This document shows positions 38,664 through 46,978 of a stretch of 64,000 bases of DNA, one piece after another. The notes below the pieces were generated by a model that saw only the letters and a program-made list of their open reading frames with translations, did no database searches and was not told the origin of the DNA. Numbering within the stretch: position 1 is the first letter of the stretch; each line of letters begins with the position of its first letter. The position numbers and the translations under genes are program-made. Location: contig JAGOMJ010000001.1 in the NCBI GenBank assembly GCA_017993615.1, positions 25,425 through 89,424 of the forward strand, read 5' to 3'. The DNA is from Smithella sp. Its GTDB lineage: Bacteria; Desulfobacterota; Syntrophia; Syntrophales; Smithellaceae.

Positions 38664-39590
38664 ATGAAAAGAATGAGGTTTTTGAAAGTGTTGTTGGTAT
38701 CCCTGTTGATTTTACTGCCGGCAGCCGTGCTGGCGCAGGGACTCAGCCCTATTGTTTCGACAGATGATTTAGCCAAAATTGTAAAGGATCCCAACGTCAT
38801 TGTCATTGATATCCGCAAGGTTGAAGATTATAAAGCGGGGCATATTCCCGGCGCGATAGGGGTGTTTTATAATAATTGGGCACCGGGCATGGGCGGCTTA
38901 AAAAATGAAATGCCGGCAGATGATGATTTAATGGACCTTCTTACCGATAACGGCATTCAACCCGACTCAACGGTCGTCGTTTACGGCACTACAGGAACTC
39001 CGCCTGATCGTGTGGATGTGACCCGCGTGGCCTGGGCTTTGAAATACGCAGGCGTCCAGAAGGTATCTGTACTGAGCGGCGGATTTGAGAAATGGGCGGT
39101 GCGCGAGAAAAAAGAAGTTTCTACAGAGATTACCAAGCCCAAGACCAAAGATTACAAAGGTAAAATCAATAAAGCCATTCTGGTTAACAAGGATTACGTG
39201 AAAAATCACGTCGGAAAAGCGATGATCGTTGACGCACGGGAACCGGCATTCTTTAAAGGCGAACAGAAACTTCCTTTCGTGGCCAAAGCCGGTCGAGTCA
39301 AGAATTCGGTCAATCTGCCCACCATTCAGGTTTTCGACAAATATCCCCCCGGCGAGCATATGGAGCCCTGCTGCTGGACATATAAAGATGTCGCCACGCT
39401 CAAAAACATTGCTTCAGGTGTCGTTGGCAGTGACATCGACAAGGAAATCATTGTCTATTGCGACACCGGGAAAGTTGCCAGTGCCTGGTGGTTCATTTTA
39501 AGTGATGTGATGGGTTTCAAAAATGTGAAAATTTATGACGGTTCCATGGAAGAATGGATGAATGATGCAAGCGCTCCGACGGAACCGTAA
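38664..39590 (+). CDS. Exported tandem-rhodanese sulfurtransferase
   Basis: Signal peptide LLPAAVLAQG. Two rhodanese domains. Active-site loop VYCDTGKVAS. Confidence 0.85.
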   Translation: MKRMRFLKVLLVSLLILLPAAVLAQGLSPIVSTDDLAKIVKDPNVIVIDIRKVEDYKAGHIPGAIGVFYNNWAPGMGGLKNEMPADDDLMDLLTDNGIQPDSTVVVYGTTGTPPDRVDVTRVAWALKYAGVQKVSVLSGGFEKWAVREKKEVSTEITKPKTKDYKGKINKAILVNKDYVKNHVGKAMIVDAREPAFFKGEQKLPFVAKAGRVKNSVNLPTIQVFDKYPPGEHMEPCCWTYKDVATLKNIASGVVGSDIDKEIIVYCDTGKVASAWWFILSDVMGFKNVKIYDGSMEEWMNDASAPTEP

Positions 39591-39610
39591 AGCATAAAGA
39601 ACATCATGAA

Positions 39611-39647
39611 AAAAAGCAGCCCCATCGTTTTATGGGGCTGCTTTTCT
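39611..39647. terminator. Bidirectional rho-independent terminator
   Basis: AAAAA-AGCAGCCCCAT-cgtttt-ATGGGGCTGCT-TTTC, between the convergent rhodanese genes. Confidence 0.85.
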
Positions 39648-39668
39648 ATTGAACGTTAAACAGACTTT

Positions 39669-40592
39669 CTATTTAGGCGTGACGTTGGCGTCGGCGTTTT
39701 TTGTAATCGGTGCCTGAGGATCCTGCATCCATTCCTGCATGGCGCCATCGTATAGACGGACGTTTTTATAGCCGAGGACTTCCACCAGAATATAAGACCA
39801 GATCGGGCAGCACTGACCGATGTCGCAATAGGTTATAATTTCTTTTTCCTTATCCCTGCCGATAGCGGCTTCGGAAATCGCCGCGAGTTCTTCCGTGGTT
39901 TTAAATGTTTTGTCAGGATTAAAGGCGCAGGAAGTCGGCATGTTAAAAGCTCCCGGGATTCGTCCCATCATGGGAATACAATCCATCTTTTTCTCGCCGG
40001 TAAAGAACTCTCGTTCTCTCACATCCAGCATAATAGCCTTGCCCAGCCGTTCTTTAACGTAATCTTTGTCGGCAAATCTCGCTCTTGAGTAGAGGCCTTT
40101 GAATGGTTTTGCTTTTGCGTGCATGATCTCCTGCGAAAGCGGTTTCTTTTCAGTAATCCATTTATTCATCCCGCCGTTAAGAACGGCTACATTTTTTATT
40201 CCTGCGTATTGCAGGGTGCAGGCGACACGGGCGCTTTGATAACTCAGCCGCGGCGTATCCATGCAACCGGTGACGACAATCCGCGAGTCAAACCCGATTC
40301 CGAAGTAGCCTATGGTATCATCCAGGTCATCCGTTTCGGGGATCTCCGTAAAAAGACCGTCTTTCTGGTATGCCCATGATCTGTAAAACGCGTTTAGCGC
40401 GCCGGGAATGTGTCCCTCTCGGTAATCCTCAACTCGGCGAACATCCAGGATAATCAATTTCGGATTCTTCAAATTTGCCAAAAGCCAGTCGGTGGATACA
40501 ATCGGCTCGATGTCACGGGTTTGACCGGCTATCGGCAATAAAAGGATAAAAAGAAGGATCGTAAGGAGCTTGGACAAAGCATGATTTTTCAT
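39669..40592 (-). CDS. Exported tandem-rhodanese sulfurtransferase (paralogue)
   Basis: Start MKNHALSK with AAGGAG 8 nt upstream. Signal peptide present. Active-site loop TYCDIGQCCP. Confidence 0.85.
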   Translation of the reverse strand: MKNHALSKLLTILLFILLLPIAGQTRDIEPIVSTDWLLANLKNPKLIILDVRRVEDYREGHIPGALNAFYRSWAYQKDGLFTEIPETDDLDDTIGYFGIGFDSRIVVTGCMDTPRLSYQSARVACTLQYAGIKNVAVLNGGMNKWITEKKPLSQEIMHAKAKPFKGLYSRARFADKDYVKERLGKAIMLDVREREFFTGEKKMDCIPMMGRIPGAFNMPTSCAFNPDKTFKTTEELAAISEAAIGRDKEKEIITYCDIGQCCPIWSYILVEVLGYKNVRLYDGAMQEWMQDPQAPITKNADANVTPK

Positions 40593-40725
40593 ATGGCAAT
40601 CTCCTTTGAATGTTGTATTACACATCTTAAAACGGATGTATACATAGTATACCACTAATTCTTTATTGAGACAGCCGAATATTTCAGACCGCAGAATACA
40701 AGCCCTATTTCATACTATTTTTATC

Positions 40726-41271
40726 TTACCGAATATGACGGTCTATTTCCCCCATCAGCGTCTGCGTCTGATCGGGCAACAGCGCGAATCCCATGTCATT
40801 CCTGTAAATGATGTTCATTTTTTTATCGACAATCACATACACGCGTTTGGAAAGGGGCAAAAGCCAGTGGTCGGCGTCGTAGAGCTTGGCGATTTTGCCT
40901 TTTTCATCCACCAGCAGAGTCATGTTTTTCAGGCTGTGCTTGGCTATAAACTTGCGGTGCGATTCGGCCGAATCCCGCGACAGGCCGAGAATTTTGATTT
41001 TTTTGGCTTTGTATTTTTTAATATTTTGTTGAAACTCAACAAACTGGCGGATTCAAAGCTTGGTGTCGTCTTTGGGATAGAAAGCCAGTACCACGGCGCG
41101 ATGATTTTTGACAGCATTGCTGAGTTTCCATATGTTGCCCTTTTGATCGGACAATGTAAAATCAGGGGCTACCTGGCCGGAAACCGGGGAGGCGTTTTTT
41201 GCCCCTGTTGAAGCACAGGCTGACAATATAAAGAACACCAGCACAAAAAAAACGAATTTTGTTATTCGCAT
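40726..41271 (-). CDS. Candidate Sec-containing BCP-like peroxiredoxin lipoprotein (U73 at the peroxidatic position)
   Basis: Track ORFs 41053-41328 and 40726-40923 are in one frame, joined by the TGA at 41053-41055: AFYPKDDTKL-U-IRQFVEF...ILGLSRDS. Lipobox ILSAC. GGAGGG RBS before MRITKF. Confidence 0.65.
41025..41043 (-). promoter_or_regulatory. SECIS-like hairpin
   Basis: RNA UUUGUUGA-GUU-UCAACAAA: perfect 8-bp stem starting at +13 from the U of UGA, with GU in the loop. Confidence 0.45.
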
Positions 41272-41339
41272 ATAGCCCTCCGATAAAGGTATGGACGGCG
41301 GGCGGTTCAAAAATAACCGCCCGCCCATCTTAGTAAAGA

Positions 41340-41951
41340 TTAATCGTCAAACGCCATTTTGGTTTTCCAAACTTCCCAGACCTTGCCTACCAGATCGGGG
41401 CCGGGTTTGAGCGTCGGCTTGCCGGGTTTCCAACCGGAGGGCGTGGCTTCGGCGCCTTTGGTTTTGCGCACGTGTTGGAAGGCCTGAATTTGACGGATGC
41501 TTTCCATGACGTTGCGTCCGACCGGCGGCGTCAACACTTCAAAGCCCTGAATGATGCCATCGGGGTCGATGATGAACCGGCCGCGGGCTTCCACGCCGGC
41601 ATCCTGAAGGTAAACGCCAAAGATGTCTCCGACCTTGCCGCCGCCGTCGGAGAGCATGGGGAAGGGGATGCCGCCTTTGACCATTTTGGAAAGTTCATGA
41701 TCATCCCACATTTTGTGGACAAAGACGCTGTCCACACTCATGGATAAAACTTCAACGCCGAGTTTTTTGAATTCGGGATATTTCTCGCCGACCGACGAGA
41801 TTTCGGTTGCTCAGACGAAGGTGAAGTCGCCCGGATAAAAACACAGGACAACCCATCTCCCCAGATAATCGGAGAGCTTCAGATTGATGAATTTCCCCTT
41901 GTGATACGCGGGCGCCGTGAAGTCCGGCGCTTTTTTCCCTACAGTGACCAT
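41340..41951 (-). CDS. Sec-containing AhpC/Prx1-type peroxiredoxin (U47 replaces the peroxidatic Cys)
   Basis: Track ORFs 41811-42065 and 41340-41741 are in one frame, joined by the TGA at 41811-41813: [23 protein letters not shown] lies before [11 protein letters not shown]. Confidence 0.8.
41783..41800 (-). promoter_or_regulatory. SECIS-like hairpin
   Basis: RNA UCUCGUC-GGUC-GGCGAGA: 7-bp stem and GGUC tetraloop at +21..+24, resembling the fdhF apical loop. Confidence 0.6.
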
Positions 41952-42085
41952 GCTTTTGACCTCCTTGACAGGTGTTGGTTGAGACGTTTCTTTCTTCGCA
42001 TCCGGTTTTTCGCCGACCGGTCCGCCGGTGGGTCTGGCACAGCCGGCCTTGATTTCTTCAGCCATAGATGATTCCCTCCTTTGTT

Positions 42086-42400
42086 TTATTTTTTTGATTT
42101 CTTCATTTTCGCGATTTCTTCCTCCACTTCCTCAGCGCCTTCCGCATAGAATTTTCCTTCATCGGGGGCCAGTTCATGAAGCAATCTTAAAAACTCTCCG
42201 GCGTGAACGCGTTCCTCGTCGGCAATGTCCCCGAGGACCTCGATGGCCAGCTTGTTGTCGGTTGATTCCGCGAGCTGCATATAAAGTTGGATGGCTTCAT
42301 ATTCTGCCGCCACCATAAAGCGAATGGCTCTGATCAGTTCTTCTTTGGTCAGTTTCCTGTCCTTCTTCAACCCTGAAAAAGGTGTTCCAAACTCCGGCAT
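42086..42400 (-). CDS. Small ferritin-like/rubrerythrin-family protein (EncFtn-like sequence, no encapsulin nearby)
   Basis: [10 protein letters not shown] ... [11 protein letters not shown] di-iron-type ExxH pattern. 20 nt upstream of the Prx gene. Confidence 0.65.
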   Translation of the reverse strand: MPEFGTPFSGLKKDRKLTKEELIRAIRFMVAAEYEAIQLYMQLAESTDNKLAIEVLGDIADEERVHAGEFLRLLHELAPDEGKFYAEGAEEVEEEIAKMKKSKK

Positions 42401-42463
42401 GGTATCATCCCCCTTTCCTGTTATTATTATAGGTTAATTTCCTGATGCAGTAACGATAATTTA

Positions 42464-42484
42464 TGACATCATTTTGTGATGTCA
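42464..42484. promoter_or_regulatory. Inverted repeat TGACATCA-N5-TGATGTCA (candidate operator)
   Basis: Perfect 8-bp arms, 64-84 nt upstream of the ferritin-like ATG. No U-tract, so it is unlikely to be a terminator. Confidence 0.4.
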
Positions 42485-42509
42485 ATTTCTGCCCTTATTT
42501 TTTTGATAT

Positions 42510-44210
42510 TTACTTCTCCCTCGGGAACGGCCAAGCCATAATGCCGCCTTCCATCACTTTGACGTTTTTCCAGCCGTTGCCTTCCAGTGCCAGCGCCGCC
42601 TCATAACCGCGCAGTGAAATCTTGCAGTATAAGATGATTTCGCGATTTTTATCCTCCGGCAGCTCCTTGAGGCGCTTACGGATCGCGCCGAGCGGTATCA
42701 ACGTCTCACCGATGCCTAAACGCATCTCTTCGAATTCCTCCGGTCCGCGTGTATCAATCAGGAATGGTTTCTCTCCGGCCCGTATTTTATCATAAACCTC
42801 TTTACAACTGATACCTTTCATTCTGCCTTTCATTTTATTCTGCATGATGTGCGCCGTGGCGATAAAATGATCAATGGCCAGAGAGAAGGGCGGCGCGTAG
42901 GGAAGATCGGCGTTAATCAGGTCTTCCACGGTCATTTTCCCCTGAATGGCCATGGCCCACTGGGCAATTTGCTTGGCGACGTTTCCCGGACCGATGCATT
43001 GTGCGCCGAGGATACGGCCGGTTTTTTGCTCCGCCACCAGTTTAGTGACCAGAAGCTTGCCTTCCATAAAGCCCGGTTTGTCGGGACTGGCGTTGATGAC
43101 CGTTATGATGTCGGAATAGCCCAGGCGTTTGGCCATTGTTTCCGAAAGGCCGGTGGAGCCCGCCCCGTAATCGAACACTTTGCAGATGCCGGTTTGAATC
43201 GTTCCCGGGAAAGTGACGCTGTTGCCGGAAGCGGCGTTTTCTCCCGCTATTCTTCCCTGGAGATTGGCCAGATCGCCGTAAGGCGCGTGGACTTTTTTGC
43301 CGGTGATGCGGTTGAGGGTTTCCACGCAGTCGCCCACGGCGTAAATGTCCGGGTCGGAGGTCTGCATGTATTCATTGACTTCAACGCCGCCAAGCTCGCC
43401 GATTTTCAACCCGGCTTCTTTGGCCAGTGTGACGTTGGGACGGACACCGATGGCTATAACGGCCAGCTCGCAGGGAAGCTCCGTTCCGTTTTGCAGTTTC
43501 ACCGCTGTGAGTTTTCCGTTTTCACCCAGGAAAGCGGCTATGCCGTTTTCGGTGATGATGTTGGCGCCTTTGCTCCGCACATGGTTTTCCACCAGCTTGG
43601 CCAGTTCCCAGTCCAAAAACGTCAGCAGTTGAGGAAGCAGTTCAATGACGGTGATTTCAATACCCGCCAGTTGCAGCGCTTCGCAGGTTTCGATACCGAT
43701 GAGTCCGCCGCCGATGACCACGGCCTTTTTGATTTTGCCTTCATCGCGGACGTTACGCAGAAAATCGGCGTCCTTCATGGATTGTAATGTGGTAATGCCC
43801 TGGAGATCTGTGCCCGGAACCGGCGGCATTCGGGGAACGGCGCCGGTGGCGATAACGAGTTTGTCATACGTCAGGGTGCCGGTTTCTCCGGAAACCGTAT
43901 TTTTGAAGGAAACGGAACGGTTTTTCGTGTCGATGTTAGTGACTTCGGTGTTGACCTTCGCTTCGATATCTTTGGCGTTGAGGTAAAACATCGGATTGCG
44001 CACGACGCCCGCGGGCGTGCAAAGTAGCGCGTTGCGGTCGTTAAAAAAACCTCCGACGTAATACGGGTAGCCGCAGGACGCCATGGAAAGGTCGGCTTCC
44101 TTCTGGATAATGATCACTTCCGCGTCGTTGTCAATGCGCCGGGCTTTCGCCGCTGCTTTGGGACCGGCAGCCGAACCTCCGATAACAATGATTCGTTTTC
44201 TCTGAGCCAT
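42510..44210 (-). CDS. CoA-disulfide reductase / NADH-dependent persulfide reductase-like flavoprotein with C-terminal rhodanese domain
   Basis: GGSAAG FAD site, redox Cys in SMASCGYPYY, second Rossmann motif VVIGGGLIG, C-terminal rhodanese loop LYCKISLRG. Confidence 0.85.
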   Translation of the reverse strand: MAQRKRIIVIGGSAAGPKAAAKARRIDNDAEVIIIQKEADLSMASCGYPYYVGGFFNDRNALLCTPAGVVRNPMFYLNAKDIEAKVNTEVTNIDTKNRSVSFKNTVSGETGTLTYDKLVIATGAVPRMPPVPGTDLQGITTLQSMKDADFLRNVRDEGKIKKAVVIGGGLIGIETCEALQLAGIEITVIELLPQLLTFLDWELAKLVENHVRSKGANIITENGIAAFLGENGKLTAVKLQNGTELPCELAVIAIGVRPNVTLAKEAGLKIGELGGVEVNEYMQTSDPDIYAVGDCVETLNRITGKKVHAPYGDLANLQGRIAGENAASGNSVTFPGTIQTGICKVFDYGAGSTGLSETMAKRLGYSDIITVINASPDKPGFMEGKLLVTKLVAEQKTGRILGAQCIGPGNVAKQIAQWAMAIQGKMTVEDLINADLPYAPPFSLAIDHFIATAHIMQNKMKGRMKGISCKEVYDKIRAGEKPFLIDTRGPEEFEEMRLGIGETLIPLGAIRKRLKELPEDKNREIILYCKISLRGYEAALALEGNGWKNVKVMEGGIMAWPFPREK

Positions 44211-44312
44211 AGTTTTATCCTCCGATTTTTAAAAGTGACCTGAACATAAAAGGTCGCTTCCATAAATTTGATTCTCTCAGTGAAAAAATAGCAATTATCG
44301 GCAGCCGTTGCA

Positions 44313-44326
44313 TTGACTTAAATCAA
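44313..44326. promoter_or_regulatory. FNR/CRP-family box TTGAC-TTAA-ATCAA
   Basis: Extended palindrome GCATTGA-N6-TCAATGC, about 100 nt upstream of the 42510-44210 gene. Half-sites match the box at 27545. Confidence 0.5.
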
Positions 44327-44459
44327 TGCGGATAATTATTTTCAGAGTCCGTATATTTTGAGCCGGCCGGCATCAGACCTTATGGAACATACATGGCAAC
44401 GACCTCATCCGCAGCATAAATTACCCCGCCGGCGATTAGCTGTGATTTAATAATAACTT

Positions 44460-45653
44460 TTACGATGATGCGGGCGATATTTCAGCATCAACGTGCCTCA
44501 ACGGAAGCGTGGGATGTTTTATGAAAGCCCTGATGAAAAGGGGAATCCTTCGGGATAACGGTTTGGTGATCGTATCCCCGTAGGCTTTCAGCAACTCATC
44601 CGGCATGTAGTGAAGCTTTATTCCCGCAATTCTGTTGGTGAAGGAGAGCGTGATAAAACATCCGGGGCAGTTGACGGCCATATCTTTCATTCCGGTTTCC
44701 TTCACTTCTTTGTATTTTTTCCACTGTTCCTTGAAGAGACTTTTCGGAAGATTAAGGGTCCGGAGAACGCTCACGGCCCCGCAGGAAAGGTTGCACTCTC
44801 CATGATGGGGGAGTTCCACTATATCGGCGCCCGCTGATTTGTAAACGGCGCGAAGGTCGCGGGCAAAGCCGTCACCCAGTTCGCTGACATAACATGATTC
44901 ATGGAGGGTCGTCTTTAGTTTCAACGGTTGTTTTACTGTGATCTTGCCGGATTCTCTTTTTTCATTCAGCCATTCATACAGGGAAATCAATTTGAATGGC
45001 AATTCCCTGCCGTATACATTTTTCAGTATATTGGATAGATAGTTGTAGCAGGATCCGCAGTAGCAAACCATTCTCTCGATATTCAATTTCTCAAAAGCTT
45101 TCAGGGTTTTTTCAATCGTTTCGGTGTAGGCTTTCCATGAACCGAGACGGTATGCAAGCTCACCACAACAGAGATCCGGCGGCCCGAATTTCGGCAGTTC
45201 CTGTAAAACAGCGGAGTTTTCAATATCGAAACAACTTATTCTGCCGATGCATCCGACCCACAGAATTTCTTTTGAAGGCGGTGGAATTTCCGACCATTTT
45301 TTCAATATGGATTGTTCCTCCCTGGAAAGCATGGCATAAATATCCTTCCACATTGACATTTTCATGCCGTTGAAGAGATAGGGGTAGACAGCGGATATCT
45401 TTCCTTTCTTCTTCCTGTTCTCCATGAACTTCTCCAGAATAAATTCATGAAGTCTTAACCCCTCGGGGCAATAATTATTGCAACTGAAGCAGAACGTGCA
45501 TTCCCTGAAAATTTTTTCCGAGTAACCGGTTTTCAATAATCCGGTCATTTCAGCAACGGCCTCGGGCTTGTCCATGTGCATCACGGGACATTGGACAAGA
45601 CATTCACCGCACGTCGTACATTTATTCCAATCCGATAATTTGGCATATGACAT
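44460..45653 (-). CDS. HdrD/GlcF-like Fe-S protein (2x[4Fe-4S] + CCG domains)
   Basis: CTTCGECLVQCP and CTFCFSCNNYCP clusters, followed by Cys-rich CCG-type repeats (DLCCGE, CPGC). Confidence 0.75.
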   Translation of the reverse strand: MSYAKLSDWNKCTTCGECLVQCPVMHMDKPEAVAEMTGLLKTGYSEKIFRECTFCFSCNNYCPEGLRLHEFILEKFMENRKKKGKISAVYPYLFNGMKMSMWKDIYAMLSREEQSILKKWSEIPPPSKEILWVGCIGRISCFDIENSAVLQELPKFGPPDLCCGELAYRLGSWKAYTETIEKTLKAFEKLNIERMVCYCGSCYNYLSNILKNVYGRELPFKLISLYEWLNEKRESGKITVKQPLKLKTTLHESCYVSELGDGFARDLRAVYKSAGADIVELPHHGECNLSCGAVSVLRTLNLPKSLFKEQWKKYKEVKETGMKDMAVNCPGCFITLSFTNRIAGIKLHYMPDELLKAYGDTITKPLSRRIPLFIRAFIKHPTLPLRHVDAEISPASS

Positions 45654-45672
45654 AATACATGTTCCCCCTTTT

Positions 45673-46407
45673 CTATCTGAATTGACGAATAACCCATTCA
45701 AGTTTCTGGATACGCGCCGCAGACCATGCAAAAAATTTTTGCCAGAGCCCGGCGCTTTTTATCTCATGCGTCGAATGCGTGTTTCGATCTTCTTTGTGTG
45801 AGTGTAATTCTTTTAATAACGGCAGTAAATGCAGATTATTGCTCCGTTCATGGATAATGTGCCATACGCAATTTATTTGCGGATCGAGCGCGCATTTCAA
45901 GTTTGATTCTGAATAGGATTTGCAGGGGCCGTATTTGCTTTTTGCGGGACATTCGCTCAACGGACAGATTCCAGCGGTGCAGGTTAGCACGCAATGTCCG
46001 CAGCTTCTGCAGAGGCTATGTGCAATAACCGGATCGCTGCTGGAAACTGCGGCGCTTCCCACGGAATCCAGCACATTGATTACAGGCAAATCCGGCCGAC
46101 AGCTATTCGCTGATTTTATTCCCGCCGCGCAACTCAAAACGATCAATGCATCACACTTTTCGAGGGCCTTTTTGTTGGCCCTCAACGCCTGACGCATTAT
46201 TTCTTCGGGACAAGCGGCAAGAATGACTTTGTCCAGTTTGATCTGTTTGTGATTTTTCAGCAGATGCGCTTTCAGAACTTCCACGCCGGTCTTGCCGCCC
46301 GTGTAGGAAAGATTGGCGCATGTTCCACAACTCAGAATGCCGAATGTTTTATAATCTTTTAGTATGAGATTAATTTCCGGCTCCGGTTTCCAAATGGTTT
46401 TATTCAT
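45673..46407 (-). CDS. MTHFR_C-like (MetV-type) Cys-rich protein
   Basis: CRSCGHCVLTCTAGICPLSECPAKSKYGPC resembles the methylene-THF reductase C-terminal domain. Confidence 0.55.
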   Translation of the reverse strand: MNKTIWKPEPEINLILKDYKTFGILSCGTCANLSYTGGKTGVEVLKAHLLKNHKQIKLDKVILAACPEEIMRQALRANKKALEKCDALIVLSCAAGIKSANSCRPDLPVINVLDSVGSAAVSSSDPVIAHSLCRSCGHCVLTCTAGICPLSECPAKSKYGPCKSYSESNLKCALDPQINCVWHIIHERSNNLHLLPLLKELHSHKEDRNTHSTHEIKSAGLWQKFFAWSAARIQKLEWVIRQFR

Positions 46408-46462
46408 TGTTTACCGTATCCTGACTGTGAAAAGCGTATTGTATATCGGGGCTTGGGATCTG

Positions 46463-46945
46463 CTATTCTTTTAAATGGTCCGGCATCAGGGCTTCCGGCA
46501 CCTGAATGGCAACGACTTCGCCGGTGGCGCATATCTGGCCGCCGGCAATCAGCCTCGATTCGATAACGACTTTGCGCCTTTTGATCTCCTTGACTTTCCC
46601 CCGTATTTCTATCGGTCCGCCAAGCGGTGTGGGCAAAAGATAGTTTACGTGCAAAGAGGCGGTCAGAAAACGAATCGGCGGCAGGGTATCCATCTCGCGG
46701 TTTTCAGAGCAGTATTTGGCCGCCGCCGCTGTGCCAGTGGAATGGCAATCGATCAGCGACGCAATCAGACCGCCGTAAGCCATTCCGGGAATAGCCATGT
46801 AGCGGGGATCCGGTTGATAAACACAGACGGATTCTTCTCCGTCCCAGTAGCTTTTGATTTGCAGACCGTGTTCGTTGAGGCGACCGCAGCCGTAACAGTG
46901 GCTTAAATCGTCGGGATAGTAGTCCTGAAACGCTTTTTGCTTCAT
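46463..46945 (-). CDS. PaaI/hotdog-fold thioesterase
   Basis: CYGCG zinc-type N-terminus plus hotdog core (YGGLIASLIDCH). Confidence 0.7.
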   Translation of the reverse strand: MKQKAFQDYYPDDLSHCYGCGRLNEHGLQIKSYWDGEESVCVYQPDPRYMAIPGMAYGGLIASLIDCHSTGTAAAAKYCSENREMDTLPPIRFLTASLHVNYLLPTPLGGPIEIRGKVKEIKRRKVVIESRLIAGGQICATGEVVAIQVPEALMPDHLKE

Positions 46946-46978
46946 AAAAACCCCTTTTTTATACAAGAAATTTTATAT

